Below, piece by piece: positions 52,796 through 61,032 of a stretch of DNA of 64,000 nucleotides (position 1 is the stretch's first letter; every line of letters begins with the position of its first letter). Both the position numbers and the translations under genes were made by a program. The notes below the pieces were generated by a model, which was given only the letters and a program-made list of their open reading frames with translations, was not told where the DNA came from and did not search any database. Source of the stretch: an uncultured Dehalococcoidales bacterium (GTDB lineage: Bacteria > Chloroflexota > Dehalococcoidia > Dehalococcoidales > BS750m-G39); contig CAZDHX010000004.1 in NCBI GenBank assembly GCA_964505425.1, positions 17,722-81,721 of the forward strand, given 5' to 3'.

Positions 52796-55294
52796 TTAGA
52801 ACAGGTCTTCTAACTCCCGATTGCCCTCGGGCATCTGGCCGTGCCGGGCACTATACTGCTGGAGGAGCTCACTCTCCCGCTTGGTATACATCGGCTCCTC
52901 TTCATACATAAAGTAACGAGCTTTCTGCTGCGTTTTTAGCTGCTCCCCTAGCTCCCGGCACAGGTTCATTGCCCCCTTAATATAAATAACGTTCTTATCG
53001 GCGTCCAGCAACTGGTAGACGCCCTCTGTTTCGGGGGCTTGCCCCACGTTTTCAGCGGTGAATTCCAGCCAGAGTTCCTCTTTCGGCACCATAATGGGCT
53101 TTGAGATGAGAAGCCTGAGGTCGCACCGGAGGCAGCGCCCGGCTTCACCGGTAGCTTCTTCCTTGCCAAAGCCCAGCTCCACGGTGTTGAAGTTAGCCAC
53201 GCGCTCCTTAACGGGTATACACGGCACGGGAACCCTGGGCTTGTCGGCAAACCCCTCCTCACGCCCCAGGCAGGGACTGGCTGGCTCGGCATCAACCAGC
53301 GTCTCCTCTATCTTCCCCTCCCCTCCCAGGTAGCTATCAATAGAGCCAGCCGCCTTTCTGCCGGCAGCAATAGCCTCAACGACCGAAGCCGTCCCGCTCA
53401 CAGCGTCACCGGCGGCGAAGACCCCCGCCCTGCCGGTAGCCAGTGTAGCCTCATCAACCTCAAGGGTACGCCTCTTGCCGGTCTTAATAGCGCTGATTCC
53501 CTCAACCAGCTCCAGTTCGGGCAGCTGACCTATGGCAAAGATAACGGTATCTGCCGGTAAAACGTGCTCCGAAGCCTCAATACACTCAACGCTGAGCTTG
53601 CCTTCTTTATCAAAGCTAAAGCTCTTGACATCAAGGCACTCAACGCCGCTGACATGCCCGTTATCGCCCACAATGCGGCTAAAGCTCTGCGAGTTATGTA
53701 AGGTAATCCCCTCCTCACCACCCCAGCTGCACTCTTCGGGGGTAGCTAACATACCACTAGCCTCTTCAAGGCAGGCTATATGGACATCCTCGGCCCCCAG
53801 CCTCAGCGCGGTGCGGGCGCAGTCAAAGGCGACATTACCACCGCCGAGAACGACCACCCTACTGCCCACCTTGACCTCTTCGCCCAGATTAACCTCCCGG
53901 AGAAACTCAGTGTTGAGCAGAACGCCGTCAAGCTCAGCGCCGGGGATGGGCAGCGTCTGCCCCCGGTGGGCGCCGACGGCTATCAATACCACATCGTAGC
54001 CCTCCTCCAGGAGTTTAGCCACCGATTCAACCCTGGTATCGGTCTTAATCTCAACACCGACGCTCTTTATGTCATCTATTTCTTTGTCCAGCACCTCTGA
54101 GGGCAGGCGGTGTCTGGGGATGCCGACTCGCATCATGCCGCCGACTACGGGCAGGGCTTCGAAAACGACCACGCCATGCCCCAGCTTAGCTAGATAGTAG
54201 GCGGCGGTCAGCCCCGCCGGTCCTGAGCCGACGATAGCCACCCGTTTACCAGTAGCCGGCATCTTCTTGACCTTCTGCCTCCAGAGACCGGTATCATTCT
54301 CGGCGGCAAAGCGTTTAAGAGCTCTTATGGCTATCGCTTCGTTCACATCGCGGCGCCGGCATTCCTCCTCACAGAAGTGAAGGCAGATATACCCCAGGAC
54401 GGCGGGGAAAGGGGCCTTCTCCCGGATTACAGCTACCGCCTCAGGGTATTTCCCCTCTTTTATGAGGCGTATATAGCGGGGCACGTCTATCCCCGCCGGA
54501 CAGGCGCCTGTACAGGGAACTTCCTTAAACGGCTCTGTATCCGCCAGGGCACCCGTGGGGCAGACCTCGACGCAGGCGGTACAGAAGCGGCAGGCTGATT
54601 CTCTAAGCGTCGGGCTGACACTGCCCACTATCACCCTGCCCGCCTCGTCAAAGACGAAATCAATAGCCTCCACCCCCCGTAAATCCCGGCAGGCACGAAT
54701 GCAGCGCGTGCAGCCGATACAGAGGTTGTAATCGCGCTCAAATAGAGGCTCTTTGATAACCGGCAGGTCTTCAAAGACATAGCGTGGGGTCTCCTGCTTA
54801 ATGCCGATGTACTCCACCAGCCTCTGGAACTCGCAGTTGCCGAACTTGGGGCAGCACCGCTCGTTCTCTGGGATGTTCATCGAGCAGGGAAAGCGGGCGC
54901 AGCCCTCCTTCTGGGCACAGGTCAGGCAGGCATGGGGGTGCTTGGCGAGAAGGAACATAAGCTTATCACGGCGGTACTCCTCAAGCTCAGGGGTATTGGT
55001 GCTAACCACCATACCCTCAGCTACCTTTGTGGAGCAGGCCCGGTGAAACCCTTCCCTCCCCTCAATCGCCACCACGCAGAGCTGGCAGCCCTCATAGGCA
55101 AGCTCAGGCTTTTTATTATCTATGCGTTTGCCTTCACGATAGACAGCCTGAGTTGGTTTAAGCTTTTCTATGGGGGGAAGGTCGGGGTGGGAACAGAGGT
55201 GGGGGATATAAATCTCCGCCTGCTGGGCAGCATCCAGTATCGTTGTCCCTTCTGGTACGGTGACTTCAGCGTTGTCAATAGTTAGCTTAGCCAT
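52796..55294 (-). CDS. Multi-domain NAD(P)H oxidoreductase: N-terminal 2Fe-2S and 4Fe-4S (NuoG/HndD-like), GltD/SudA-like FAD-NAD(P) module, and a C-terminal GIY-YIG-like extension
   Basis: N-terminus KLTIDNAEVTVPEGTTILDAA..IPHLCSH. Fe-S motifs CIGCTRCIRACR and CRFCTACVEVCP. Dinucleotide folds VAIVGSGPAGLTAAYYL and VVVLGGGNVAFDCA. The last 96 aa read GVYQLLDADKNVIYIKGAMNLCRELG...KRESELL...MPEGN. Confidence 0.75.
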   Translation of the reverse strand: MAKLTIDNAEVTVPEGTTILDAAQQAEIYIPHLCSHPDLPPIEKLKPTQAVYREGKRIDNKKPELAYEGCQLCVVAIEGREGFHRACSTKVAEGMVVSTNTPELEEYRRDKLMFLLAKHPHACLTCAQKEGCARFPCSMNIPENERCCPKFGNCEFQRLVEYIGIKQETPRYVFEDLPVIKEPLFERDYNLCIGCTRCIRACRDLRGVEAIDFVFDEAGRVIVGSVSPTLRESACRFCTACVEVCPTGALADTEPFKEVPCTGACPAGIDVPRYIRLIKEGKYPEAVAVIREKAPFPAVLGYICLHFCEEECRRRDVNEAIAIRALKRFAAENDTGLWRQKVKKMPATGKRVAIVGSGPAGLTAAYYLAKLGHGVVVFEALPVVGGMMRVGIPRHRLPSEVLDKEIDDIKSVGVEIKTDTRVESVAKLLEEGYDVVLIAVGAHRGQTLPIPGAELDGVLLNTEFLREVNLGEEVKVGSRVVVLGGGNVAFDCARTALRLGAEDVHIACLEEASGMLATPEECSWGGEEGITLHNSQSFSRIVGDNGHVSGVECLDVKSFSFDKEGKLSVECIEASEHVLPADTVIFAIGQLPELELVEGISAIKTGKRRTLEVDEATLATGRAGVFAAGDAVSGTASVVEAIAAGRKAAGSIDSYLGGEGKIEETLVDAEPASPCLGREEGFADKPRVPVPCIPVKERVANFNTVELGFGKEEATGEAGRCLRCDLRLLISKPIMVPKEELWLEFTAENVGQAPETEGVYQLLDADKNVIYIKGAMNLCRELGEQLKTQQKARYFMYEEEPMYTKRESELLQQYSARHGQMPEGNRELEDLF

Positions 55295-55613
55295 TTAGGG
55301 AGTTCTGCCCATAGAGGAGCTTCCAGCCATCGGAGTGGGAGATAGCGCCAAACTCGCAGGCGGCAGCACAGGGTGCGGGGTTCTCTCCAAAACCAGGCTT
55401 GCAGGGGGCGCAGGTGTACCTCAGCTTCTTGCGCTCCCCGGCAACTACCTTGACCACCGGCTCTTCGCGGAAGGGGTCATATTCATCCTCACCGACCTCA
55501 AGTGCCTTCATTGGGCAGACCTCCACGCACTTGCCGCAGCCGTTGCACTTGTCGGTGTCAACGCTCAGAAACCAGTCCCCCGACCCGTCTTTGAAACCGT
55601 AATTAGCTAACAA
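55287..55613 (-). CDS. 2x[4Fe-4S] ferredoxin (BzdM/Fdx-like)
   Basis: CNGCGKCVEVCP plus CAPCKPGFGENPAPCAAACE (Cx2Cx11Cx3C, a long spacing reminiscent of Alvin-type low-potential ferredoxins). TTG start. 108 aa. Confidence 0.75.
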   Translation of the reverse strand: MLANYGFKDGSGDWFLSVDTDKCNGCGKCVEVCPMKALEVGEDEYDPFREEPVVKVVAGERKKLRYTCAPCKPGFGENPAPCAAACEFGAISHSDGWKLLYGQNSLNG

Positions 55614-55625
55614 CTTCGCCTCGCT

Positions 55626-56558
55626 TCACGCTTTTCTGGCGCTTTGCGCCTTGCCTCTCTCCAGCATGGCAAAGGCAAAGAGGGCAGCGCCAATTCCGCC
55701 AGCAATCTGGGTGTCAAAGGGGAGACCCTTGTCCTTCATCTTGGGGTCATGCCAGGCCTTCTCCATAGATTTGACGCCCAATTCCTTCTCCAGCCGCTTC
55801 ACTACCCCCTCATTCTTGGCGATGCCGCCGGTGATGGCAAATTTCTCCTCCATACCCAGGCGGTTTAATAGCTCGGTTATGCGATGAGCCATAGCCGCGC
55901 AATAAGCCGCCATAATATCGTTCTCGGGCACCCCCTCCTGGAGCAAGCCAACGACCTCGGTCTTGGCAAATACCACGCAGGTGCTACTTATCATCGGCGG
56001 TTCCTTTTCAATCTGGAAGGAGCGAGGGCCAATCTCCCAGACCGGGACCCGGATGAGGTCAGCAAATACCTCCATACCCCGCCCGGTGCCGGCGGCGCAC
56101 TTATCATTCATCATGAACTTCATCACCTTACCCCGCTCGTCGCAGCGGATAGCCTTACAGTCCTGACCACCCATATCCAGCACCGTCCGTATCTCCGGAC
56201 CGTACATGAAGTTAGCTCCCCGGGCATGGCAGGCGATTTCGGTTATTGTTTGCTGAGCCATAGGGACATTTACCCTACCGTAGCCCGTCCCGATGCAATA
56301 GTCAATGGTATCGACCTTCAGGTCGCTTTCCTTCAATGCCATGTTCACGCACTTCAAAGCGCTGTCAGGGCTATTGGAGCCGGTGCGGGTATTGCTATAG
56401 GCATAGAGCTGACCATCAACCATGATTACTGCCTGTGAGCTAACGGAACCAACGTCAACCCCGGCAGTAACAAACTTACCCTTTTTCCAGTCTACGTCGG
56501 GGTTCACCCACGAGGTCTCGGGCCACCTCCAGAATTCTACCTTCTTGGCCTCAACCAT
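55626..56558 (-). CDS. Benzoyl-CoA reductase ATPase subunit-like protein (BcrA/BzdQ-like; BcrAD_BadFG family)
   Basis: Acetate/sugar-kinase fold GVDVGSVSSQ and cluster-bridging Cys motifs NDKCAAGTGRG and STCVVFAKTEV. 310 aa. Confidence 0.75.
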   Translation of the reverse strand: MVEAKKVEFWRWPETSWVNPDVDWKKGKFVTAGVDVGSVSSQAVIMVDGQLYAYSNTRTGSNSPDSALKCVNMALKESDLKVDTIDYCIGTGYGRVNVPMAQQTITEIACHARGANFMYGPEIRTVLDMGGQDCKAIRCDERGKVMKFMMNDKCAAGTGRGMEVFADLIRVPVWEIGPRSFQIEKEPPMISSTCVVFAKTEVVGLLQEGVPENDIMAAYCAAMAHRITELLNRLGMEEKFAITGGIAKNEGVVKRLEKELGVKSMEKAWHDPKMKDKGLPFDTQIAGGIGAALFAFAMLERGKAQSARKA

Positions 56559-56576
56559 TGCTCATCCCTCCTTTTA

Positions 56577-57407
56577 TTAAGCCTTCCCCTCTTCAATCTG
56601 CTCTTTTTCCACGACCTTAGCCTCTACCTTCTCCTCAAGCACGCCGGCAGCGGCGGCAGTAGCTGCCCCTAGGGCGCTAACGAAATCGGGGTCGTCGGGC
56701 ACCTTCACCTCCATGCCAAGGTCCCTCTTCAGAGACTCGATAAACCCCGGGTTCTTAGCCACTCCGCCAATCATGACCACATCCTTCTCCAGCCCGACGA
56801 TGCGGGCTACAGAGCCAATCCTGCCGGCGATGGCGTCGTGGACAGCACGGGCGATATCGTGCTTTGGCGTCTTCTGATGAATCAAGGAGACCACCTCAGA
56901 CTCGCCAAAGACGGCGCACTGGGCATTCATGGGGATAGATTGTGTGGACTTGAGTGACAGCTTTGCCATTTCCTCTATTGGCACCTCCAGTGCCCGGGAC
57001 ATAGTATCAACAAAGGTGCCGGTACCGGCAGCACACCTCTCATTGATGGCAAAGTCCAAAACCTTGCCCTCGGGGCTGATCTTCATTGCCCGACCTTCCT
57101 CACCCCCAACGTCAATGATGGTTCTGGCTGAGGGGATAAGCTTAATCACCCCTCTGGCATCAGCAGCAGCATCAGGGATGACACCGTCAGCGAAGGTAAC
57201 CCTTGCCCCGGAGCTACCGGTAGCTACCACCCGGCTAATATCCTCGCGCTTGAGTCCAGCCTGCTCGAGTGCCTCCGCATACAGTTTCTCCGCCGCCTCC
57301 GCCTTACTAATCCCGGTGGGTCCTCCAACCTTAGCTAATATGGTGCCATTCTTGGTGATAATAATATGTACATTCTTACCACCAACGTCTATTCCGGCAG
57401 ATATCAT
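56577..57407 (-). CDS. Benzoyl-CoA reductase ATPase subunit-like protein (BcrD/BzdP-like; BcrAD_BadFG family)
   Basis: Motifs GIDVGGKNVH, NERCAAGTGTF and AQCAVFGESEV. 276 aa. It is a paralogue of, not identical to, the 55626..56558 product. Confidence 0.75.
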   Translation of the reverse strand: MISAGIDVGGKNVHIIITKNGTILAKVGGPTGISKAEAAEKLYAEALEQAGLKREDISRVVATGSSGARVTFADGVIPDAAADARGVIKLIPSARTIIDVGGEEGRAMKISPEGKVLDFAINERCAAGTGTFVDTMSRALEVPIEEMAKLSLKSTQSIPMNAQCAVFGESEVVSLIHQKTPKHDIARAVHDAIAGRIGSVARIVGLEKDVVMIGGVAKNPGFIESLKRDLGMEVKVPDDPDFVSALGAATAAAAGVLEEKVEAKVVEKEQIEEGKA

Positions 57408-57430
57408 GCTGTCCCCCTTTCTAGGCCTTG

Positions 57431-58750
57431 TTAATCGGCTACTTTCTTGAGCCCCAGGGTCTCAGTAACGAAGAGGTCAATAAATCGCTTCGTCCGACCC
57501 TCGTCAAACTCTCTCTCGTCAGCCATGTTGCCTTCAAAGGTCATTACCGGCAACCCCAGCTTTTGCACCGCTATCTTCATCTCCATCTGGTGCTGGGCAG
57601 TGCCTTCGCAACCGCGGTTAAGGTGTATTATTGACGCATCGCATTTCCACTGCTGGGCAATCTTGGTTATAATATCGTTCTTGTACTTGGCTCCATAAAA
57701 CGGCGCCCACATCAGCTTGCCCTTAAGCTCACCTTCAGCTAAAAGTTTCAGGGCATGGTCACGGTCCTTGATGGTTATGCCCTGTTCCTCAAGGGTGGGA
57801 TAGGGCACGAGCTTCCCCGCCTTGTTTATCTTCCACCAGCCGATGAGGGAGAAGGTGTAAAGGCTGGCTACCGAGACGATGCCATACTTCTCCAGATAGC
57901 GGAAGATGCGGAGAAAGCCCCAGGGTGGCTGGCTATCACCCAGCACACGGCATTGCTCGTCAGCTACCGCCGCAATCTTATTAGCCACCCGGTCCTTCAC
58001 CTCAGGATAGAGCAGGTTCTTATAAAAGTCAGCGATGTCCTTGTTTGACTTTTCCAGGGTTCCAAGAACGTATAAGGAGAACATCGTCTTCTCATCAAGA
58101 GGCGCCGGGACAGCCTGGTTAAGCTCGCATGCCTTTGCCCAGTAGCAGGCAGAATCATAGGTATTTTTGACATTCTGAATCAGCTTCTCGTCAACAATCT
58201 TCCTCTTGGTGACCTTCTCCAGGAAGTCAATACCATCGTGAAGCTGCTCCACCACATAGTTTATCTGGCGCTCCCCTATCTTGTCGTAGGCGCCAGCCCC
58301 GACGTCAAAGCAGAAGAAGGGAATATCGCCGCCTTCAATCTCATCGGCTACCTGAAGCCACTTTGCGTGGGAGCAGCAGATATGGTTCTGAAAGATGAAG
58401 TCCACCTTGGGCCACTCCCCACCGAAGGCGAATTCATTGAGGACTATAGAGCCCCAGTAGTTGCGCAGGTAGGCGCACAGGTCTCGAGCACAGCCCCACT
58501 TACCTTCAGCCGCCTCCTGATACTTGACCTGTAGCTCGGGGTTAGCCCCCACGCTGGCTCCATAGGGCTCTTCAGTAAGCCCATGCACCTCACCCTCAAG
58601 CGCCTGGGGAATGGCATCAAAACTCCAGGCTCCCCCCTCCCAACGCAAAGCCCCCCGGTCATGCGCCTCCTTATAGTCCTTATAATAATTTGCCCTCAGT
58701 TCCTTAGCCCTGTTCCAGCAATCTAGGCCCTTTGTTTTATACTTTGCCAT
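57431..58750 (-). CDS. Benzoyl-CoA reductase / 2-hydroxyacyl-CoA dehydratase catalytic subunit family (BcrB/BzdO-like)
   Basis: 439 aa, HgdA/BcrB-family size with matching Cys content (HICCSHAKW, LNRGCEG). Placed between the C-like subunit and the ATPases. Confidence 0.7.
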   Translation of the reverse strand: MAKYKTKGLDCWNRAKELRANYYKDYKEAHDRGALRWEGGAWSFDAIPQALEGEVHGLTEEPYGASVGANPELQVKYQEAAEGKWGCARDLCAYLRNYWGSIVLNEFAFGGEWPKVDFIFQNHICCSHAKWLQVADEIEGGDIPFFCFDVGAGAYDKIGERQINYVVEQLHDGIDFLEKVTKRKIVDEKLIQNVKNTYDSACYWAKACELNQAVPAPLDEKTMFSLYVLGTLEKSNKDIADFYKNLLYPEVKDRVANKIAAVADEQCRVLGDSQPPWGFLRIFRYLEKYGIVSVASLYTFSLIGWWKINKAGKLVPYPTLEEQGITIKDRDHALKLLAEGELKGKLMWAPFYGAKYKNDIITKIAQQWKCDASIIHLNRGCEGTAQHQMEMKIAVQKLGLPVMTFEGNMADEREFDEGRTKRFIDLFVTETLGLKKVAD

Positions 58751-58768
58751 CTTTCCCCCCTAATCTTT

Positions 58769-59923
58769 TTAGACAAATAGTTCCTCAGCCTGTATCTGCT
58801 CCAGGAACGCTTCCACACGGATACGGAACTGACCTACGGGAACAGTAACCTCAAATTCAAGGAAGTAACAAGGGATGCCGTTGCTCTCCAGAAACCGCCT
58901 CAGGCTTGGGATATCAAGCTCATGGGGGTCACAGAACTTCTGCTGAATCAGGATTACCCCCTGAACGCGGTAGTCCTTAGCCAGCTGCAGGATATGTCCG
59001 AAGCGCTTCCTTGAGATATCCTCCATCCCCCAGTCCTTATTGGGACAGGGCACCCGGTCGCAGTAGCGGTTGGCAATAGCCTGAAGCCGGTTCTTATCCG
59101 GGACGACCTCATCCCAGAAATACCTTGAGCCGGTACAGTGGTCCTCAATAACAAAGGTGCCCCCTATTGACTCCACCATCTCCATAAAGGGACGGTCATC
59201 ATTCTCGCTGCCAACAATCATCAGGCGGACACCGGTATCGCGCTCAAGCTTCCGCTGGGGCAAGGTGGCGACTAGCTGCTTTAGCAGGTCATTCTGCTCT
59301 CTCTTATCCATAAGCTGGCTTGCCCAGACCATGGTCATGGCTTCGGTGCCGGTAAGCGGCGGATTGTCCGCTTTACGCAGTTCGTAGACCTGCTTCATCA
59401 AGCGCCGGTTGGTATTCATAATGTCTATGCCCTCGTCCAGCTCTTTATCGGTGATTTTTGCTCCTGTCCATTCCTCTATCGCCTTCTTAAAATCTTCCAA
59501 CTCCCCTCTCAAGAACTTCTTGGCTCTAGGGCTGCGCACGGCATTGGGCATAGCAAACCAGTAATTCCACGGGGTTGGCACATGAATTGTCCAGGCACCA
59601 AAAGCCTGGCGTGGGTGGAGACAACAGTTAGTCGCCATTATCCCATCCAGGTAGTCATATTTCCCCTGCAGCCCCTGATTCAGGCAGTCGCGGGAGAAAG
59701 GACACCACATGTCAAACATGTGTGGCGTAGCCAGGGTAGGTGCCTCATGACCACCCAGTATGCGGACGGGAAGGACATTAGCGGCATACAGGACCTCCTC
59801 CGGCTCATAGGTACAGAAGTAACCTACTACCTTGCCCCCTGTTCTCCGCTTCCAATCCTTAGCATATTCATGCCGTAATTCCCAGACATCACCGAACTGC
59901 TTTAGGATTTCAGATGCTTCCAT
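58769..59923 (-). CDS. Benzoyl-CoA reductase / 2-hydroxyacyl-CoA dehydratase catalytic subunit family (BcrC/BzdN-like)
   Basis: 384 aa with KVVGYFCTYEPEEVLYAANVLPVRILGG, MWCPFSRDC and IEDHCTGSRYFW. Confidence 0.7.
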   Translation of the reverse strand: MEASEILKQFGDVWELRHEYAKDWKRRTGGKVVGYFCTYEPEEVLYAANVLPVRILGGHEAPTLATPHMFDMWCPFSRDCLNQGLQGKYDYLDGIMATNCCLHPRQAFGAWTIHVPTPWNYWFAMPNAVRSPRAKKFLRGELEDFKKAIEEWTGAKITDKELDEGIDIMNTNRRLMKQVYELRKADNPPLTGTEAMTMVWASQLMDKREQNDLLKQLVATLPQRKLERDTGVRLMIVGSENDDRPFMEMVESIGGTFVIEDHCTGSRYFWDEVVPDKNRLQAIANRYCDRVPCPNKDWGMEDISRKRFGHILQLAKDYRVQGVILIQQKFCDPHELDIPSLRRFLESNGIPCYFLEFEVTVPVGQFRIRVEAFLEQIQAEELFV

Positions 59924-59957
59924 ATCTTCCCCCCTTAATTAACTGTGCTCTGGGTTC

Positions 59958-60818
59958 TTAATACTCACTGAATACCGAGTCAAAATACTTATTAGCTTTA
60001 TCAGCGAGCAGGTCATGATATTCGCGGAATAAGGCTGCCGCCCTGGGTCGCAGCCAGTACTCAGGCAAAAGCTCCACCGGCAGGTCAGGGTCAAAGAAGG
60101 GTAGCTTGCGGTATTCATGGATTAACCCAAACCTCTCGACAAAGCACTCGCTGGGTTCAATGGTCTCACCGGCACGAGTGCGTCTCAGGTGATCATCAAG
60201 CTTGGGCTCATATTTCTGGGTGAAACTGGCATATTTCTGGTGTATCCGGCTTAAGTCCCAAACAAGGGATACCATCTTTTTCGGGTCGGTAAAGCCCTGG
60301 TCTCTAGCCTGAAATACCTGAATATAATCCCTGATATTAAGCCTTTCCCCCAGCTCCTCCACTTCCTTGGTTAAGTCATAGGGTGAAATCCAGGTAGCCT
60401 CAGTAAGAGCGCCGTAACCCATCCAACTCAGCTCAAGGCGCAACCTGTCCCTCGCCTCGCGTTTTTGCTCGGGAATAGAGTAAGTAACAATATTCCAGCT
60501 GCCGTCCCAGTGGGAGTTCTTCCGCTCAAAGATGCGCTTGGCGCCCTTGGTCAGCAGCTGGTGGCCATCCTCAGTCAAGGAGTAGTAGCTCCTCCGCCCT
60601 ACCCGCCTCACCTTCAACAGCCCGGCACGGCACATCCTGGATACTGCCGAGCGTACTGCCTGCTGGGACAGACCAAGATTACCAAGCAGCTCTATCAGGC
60701 TACCGATTCCAATCTCACCTCCACGTTTAAGGAGATAATCGCCATAAAGGGTGAGAATAGCCGCCTGGGGGCGAAATGTAAATGTAACTCCTAACAAGTG
60801 CTTGCCTCCATATGTCAC
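59958..60818 (-). CDS. paaX: PaaX-family transcriptional regulator
   Basis: LTLYGDYLLKRGGEIGIGSLIELLGNLGLSQQAVRSAVSRMCRAGLLKVRRVGRRSYYSLTEDG closely follows the E. coli PaaX N-terminal pattern as I recall it. The likely true start is the TTG at 60797 (GGAGG 7 nt upstream) rather than the GTG at 60818. Confidence 0.85.
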   Translation of the reverse strand: MTYGGKHLLGVTFTFRPQAAILTLYGDYLLKRGGEIGIGSLIELLGNLGLSQQAVRSAVSRMCRAGLLKVRRVGRRSYYSLTEDGHQLLTKGAKRIFERKNSHWDGSWNIVTYSIPEQKREARDRLRLELSWMGYGALTEATWISPYDLTKEVEELGERLNIRDYIQVFQARDQGFTDPKKMVSLVWDLSRIHQKYASFTQKYEPKLDDHLRRTRAGETIEPSECFVERFGLIHEYRKLPFFDPDLPVELLPEYWLRPRAAALFREYHDLLADKANKYFDSVFSEY

Positions 60819-60825
60819 TTTATCT

Positions 60826-60850
60826 TTATGGCGTATTTTTTACGCCATAA
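60826..60850. promoter_or_regulatory. Inverted repeat at the predicted paaX transcription start (candidate operator or 5'-UTR hairpin)
   Basis: ttatggcgta-ttttt-tacgccataa: 10-bp perfect arms with a 5-nt spacer. Confidence 0.5.
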
Positions 60851-60853
60851 AAA

Positions 60854-60882
60854 ATTTTACCATATTAAGATGGCATTGTCAA
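60854..60882 (-). promoter_or_regulatory. Sigma-70-type promoter for the paaX-led operon
   Basis: Minus strand reads TTGACA (60882-77), a 17-nt spacer, then TAAAAT (60859-54). Confidence 0.6.
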
Positions 60883-61032
60883 TACTCTTTGGGTAACTTA
60901 AGTGAGATTAGATGTGGTTAAGTGAGCTCGGGTGACTATTGCATCTTTAACGCCTTGGTGCTATTATATTTGGAATACGAATGATTTCTATGCCGTTCAA
61001 GTCATATGCCTTCAACAAATAGAGGTACCAAA

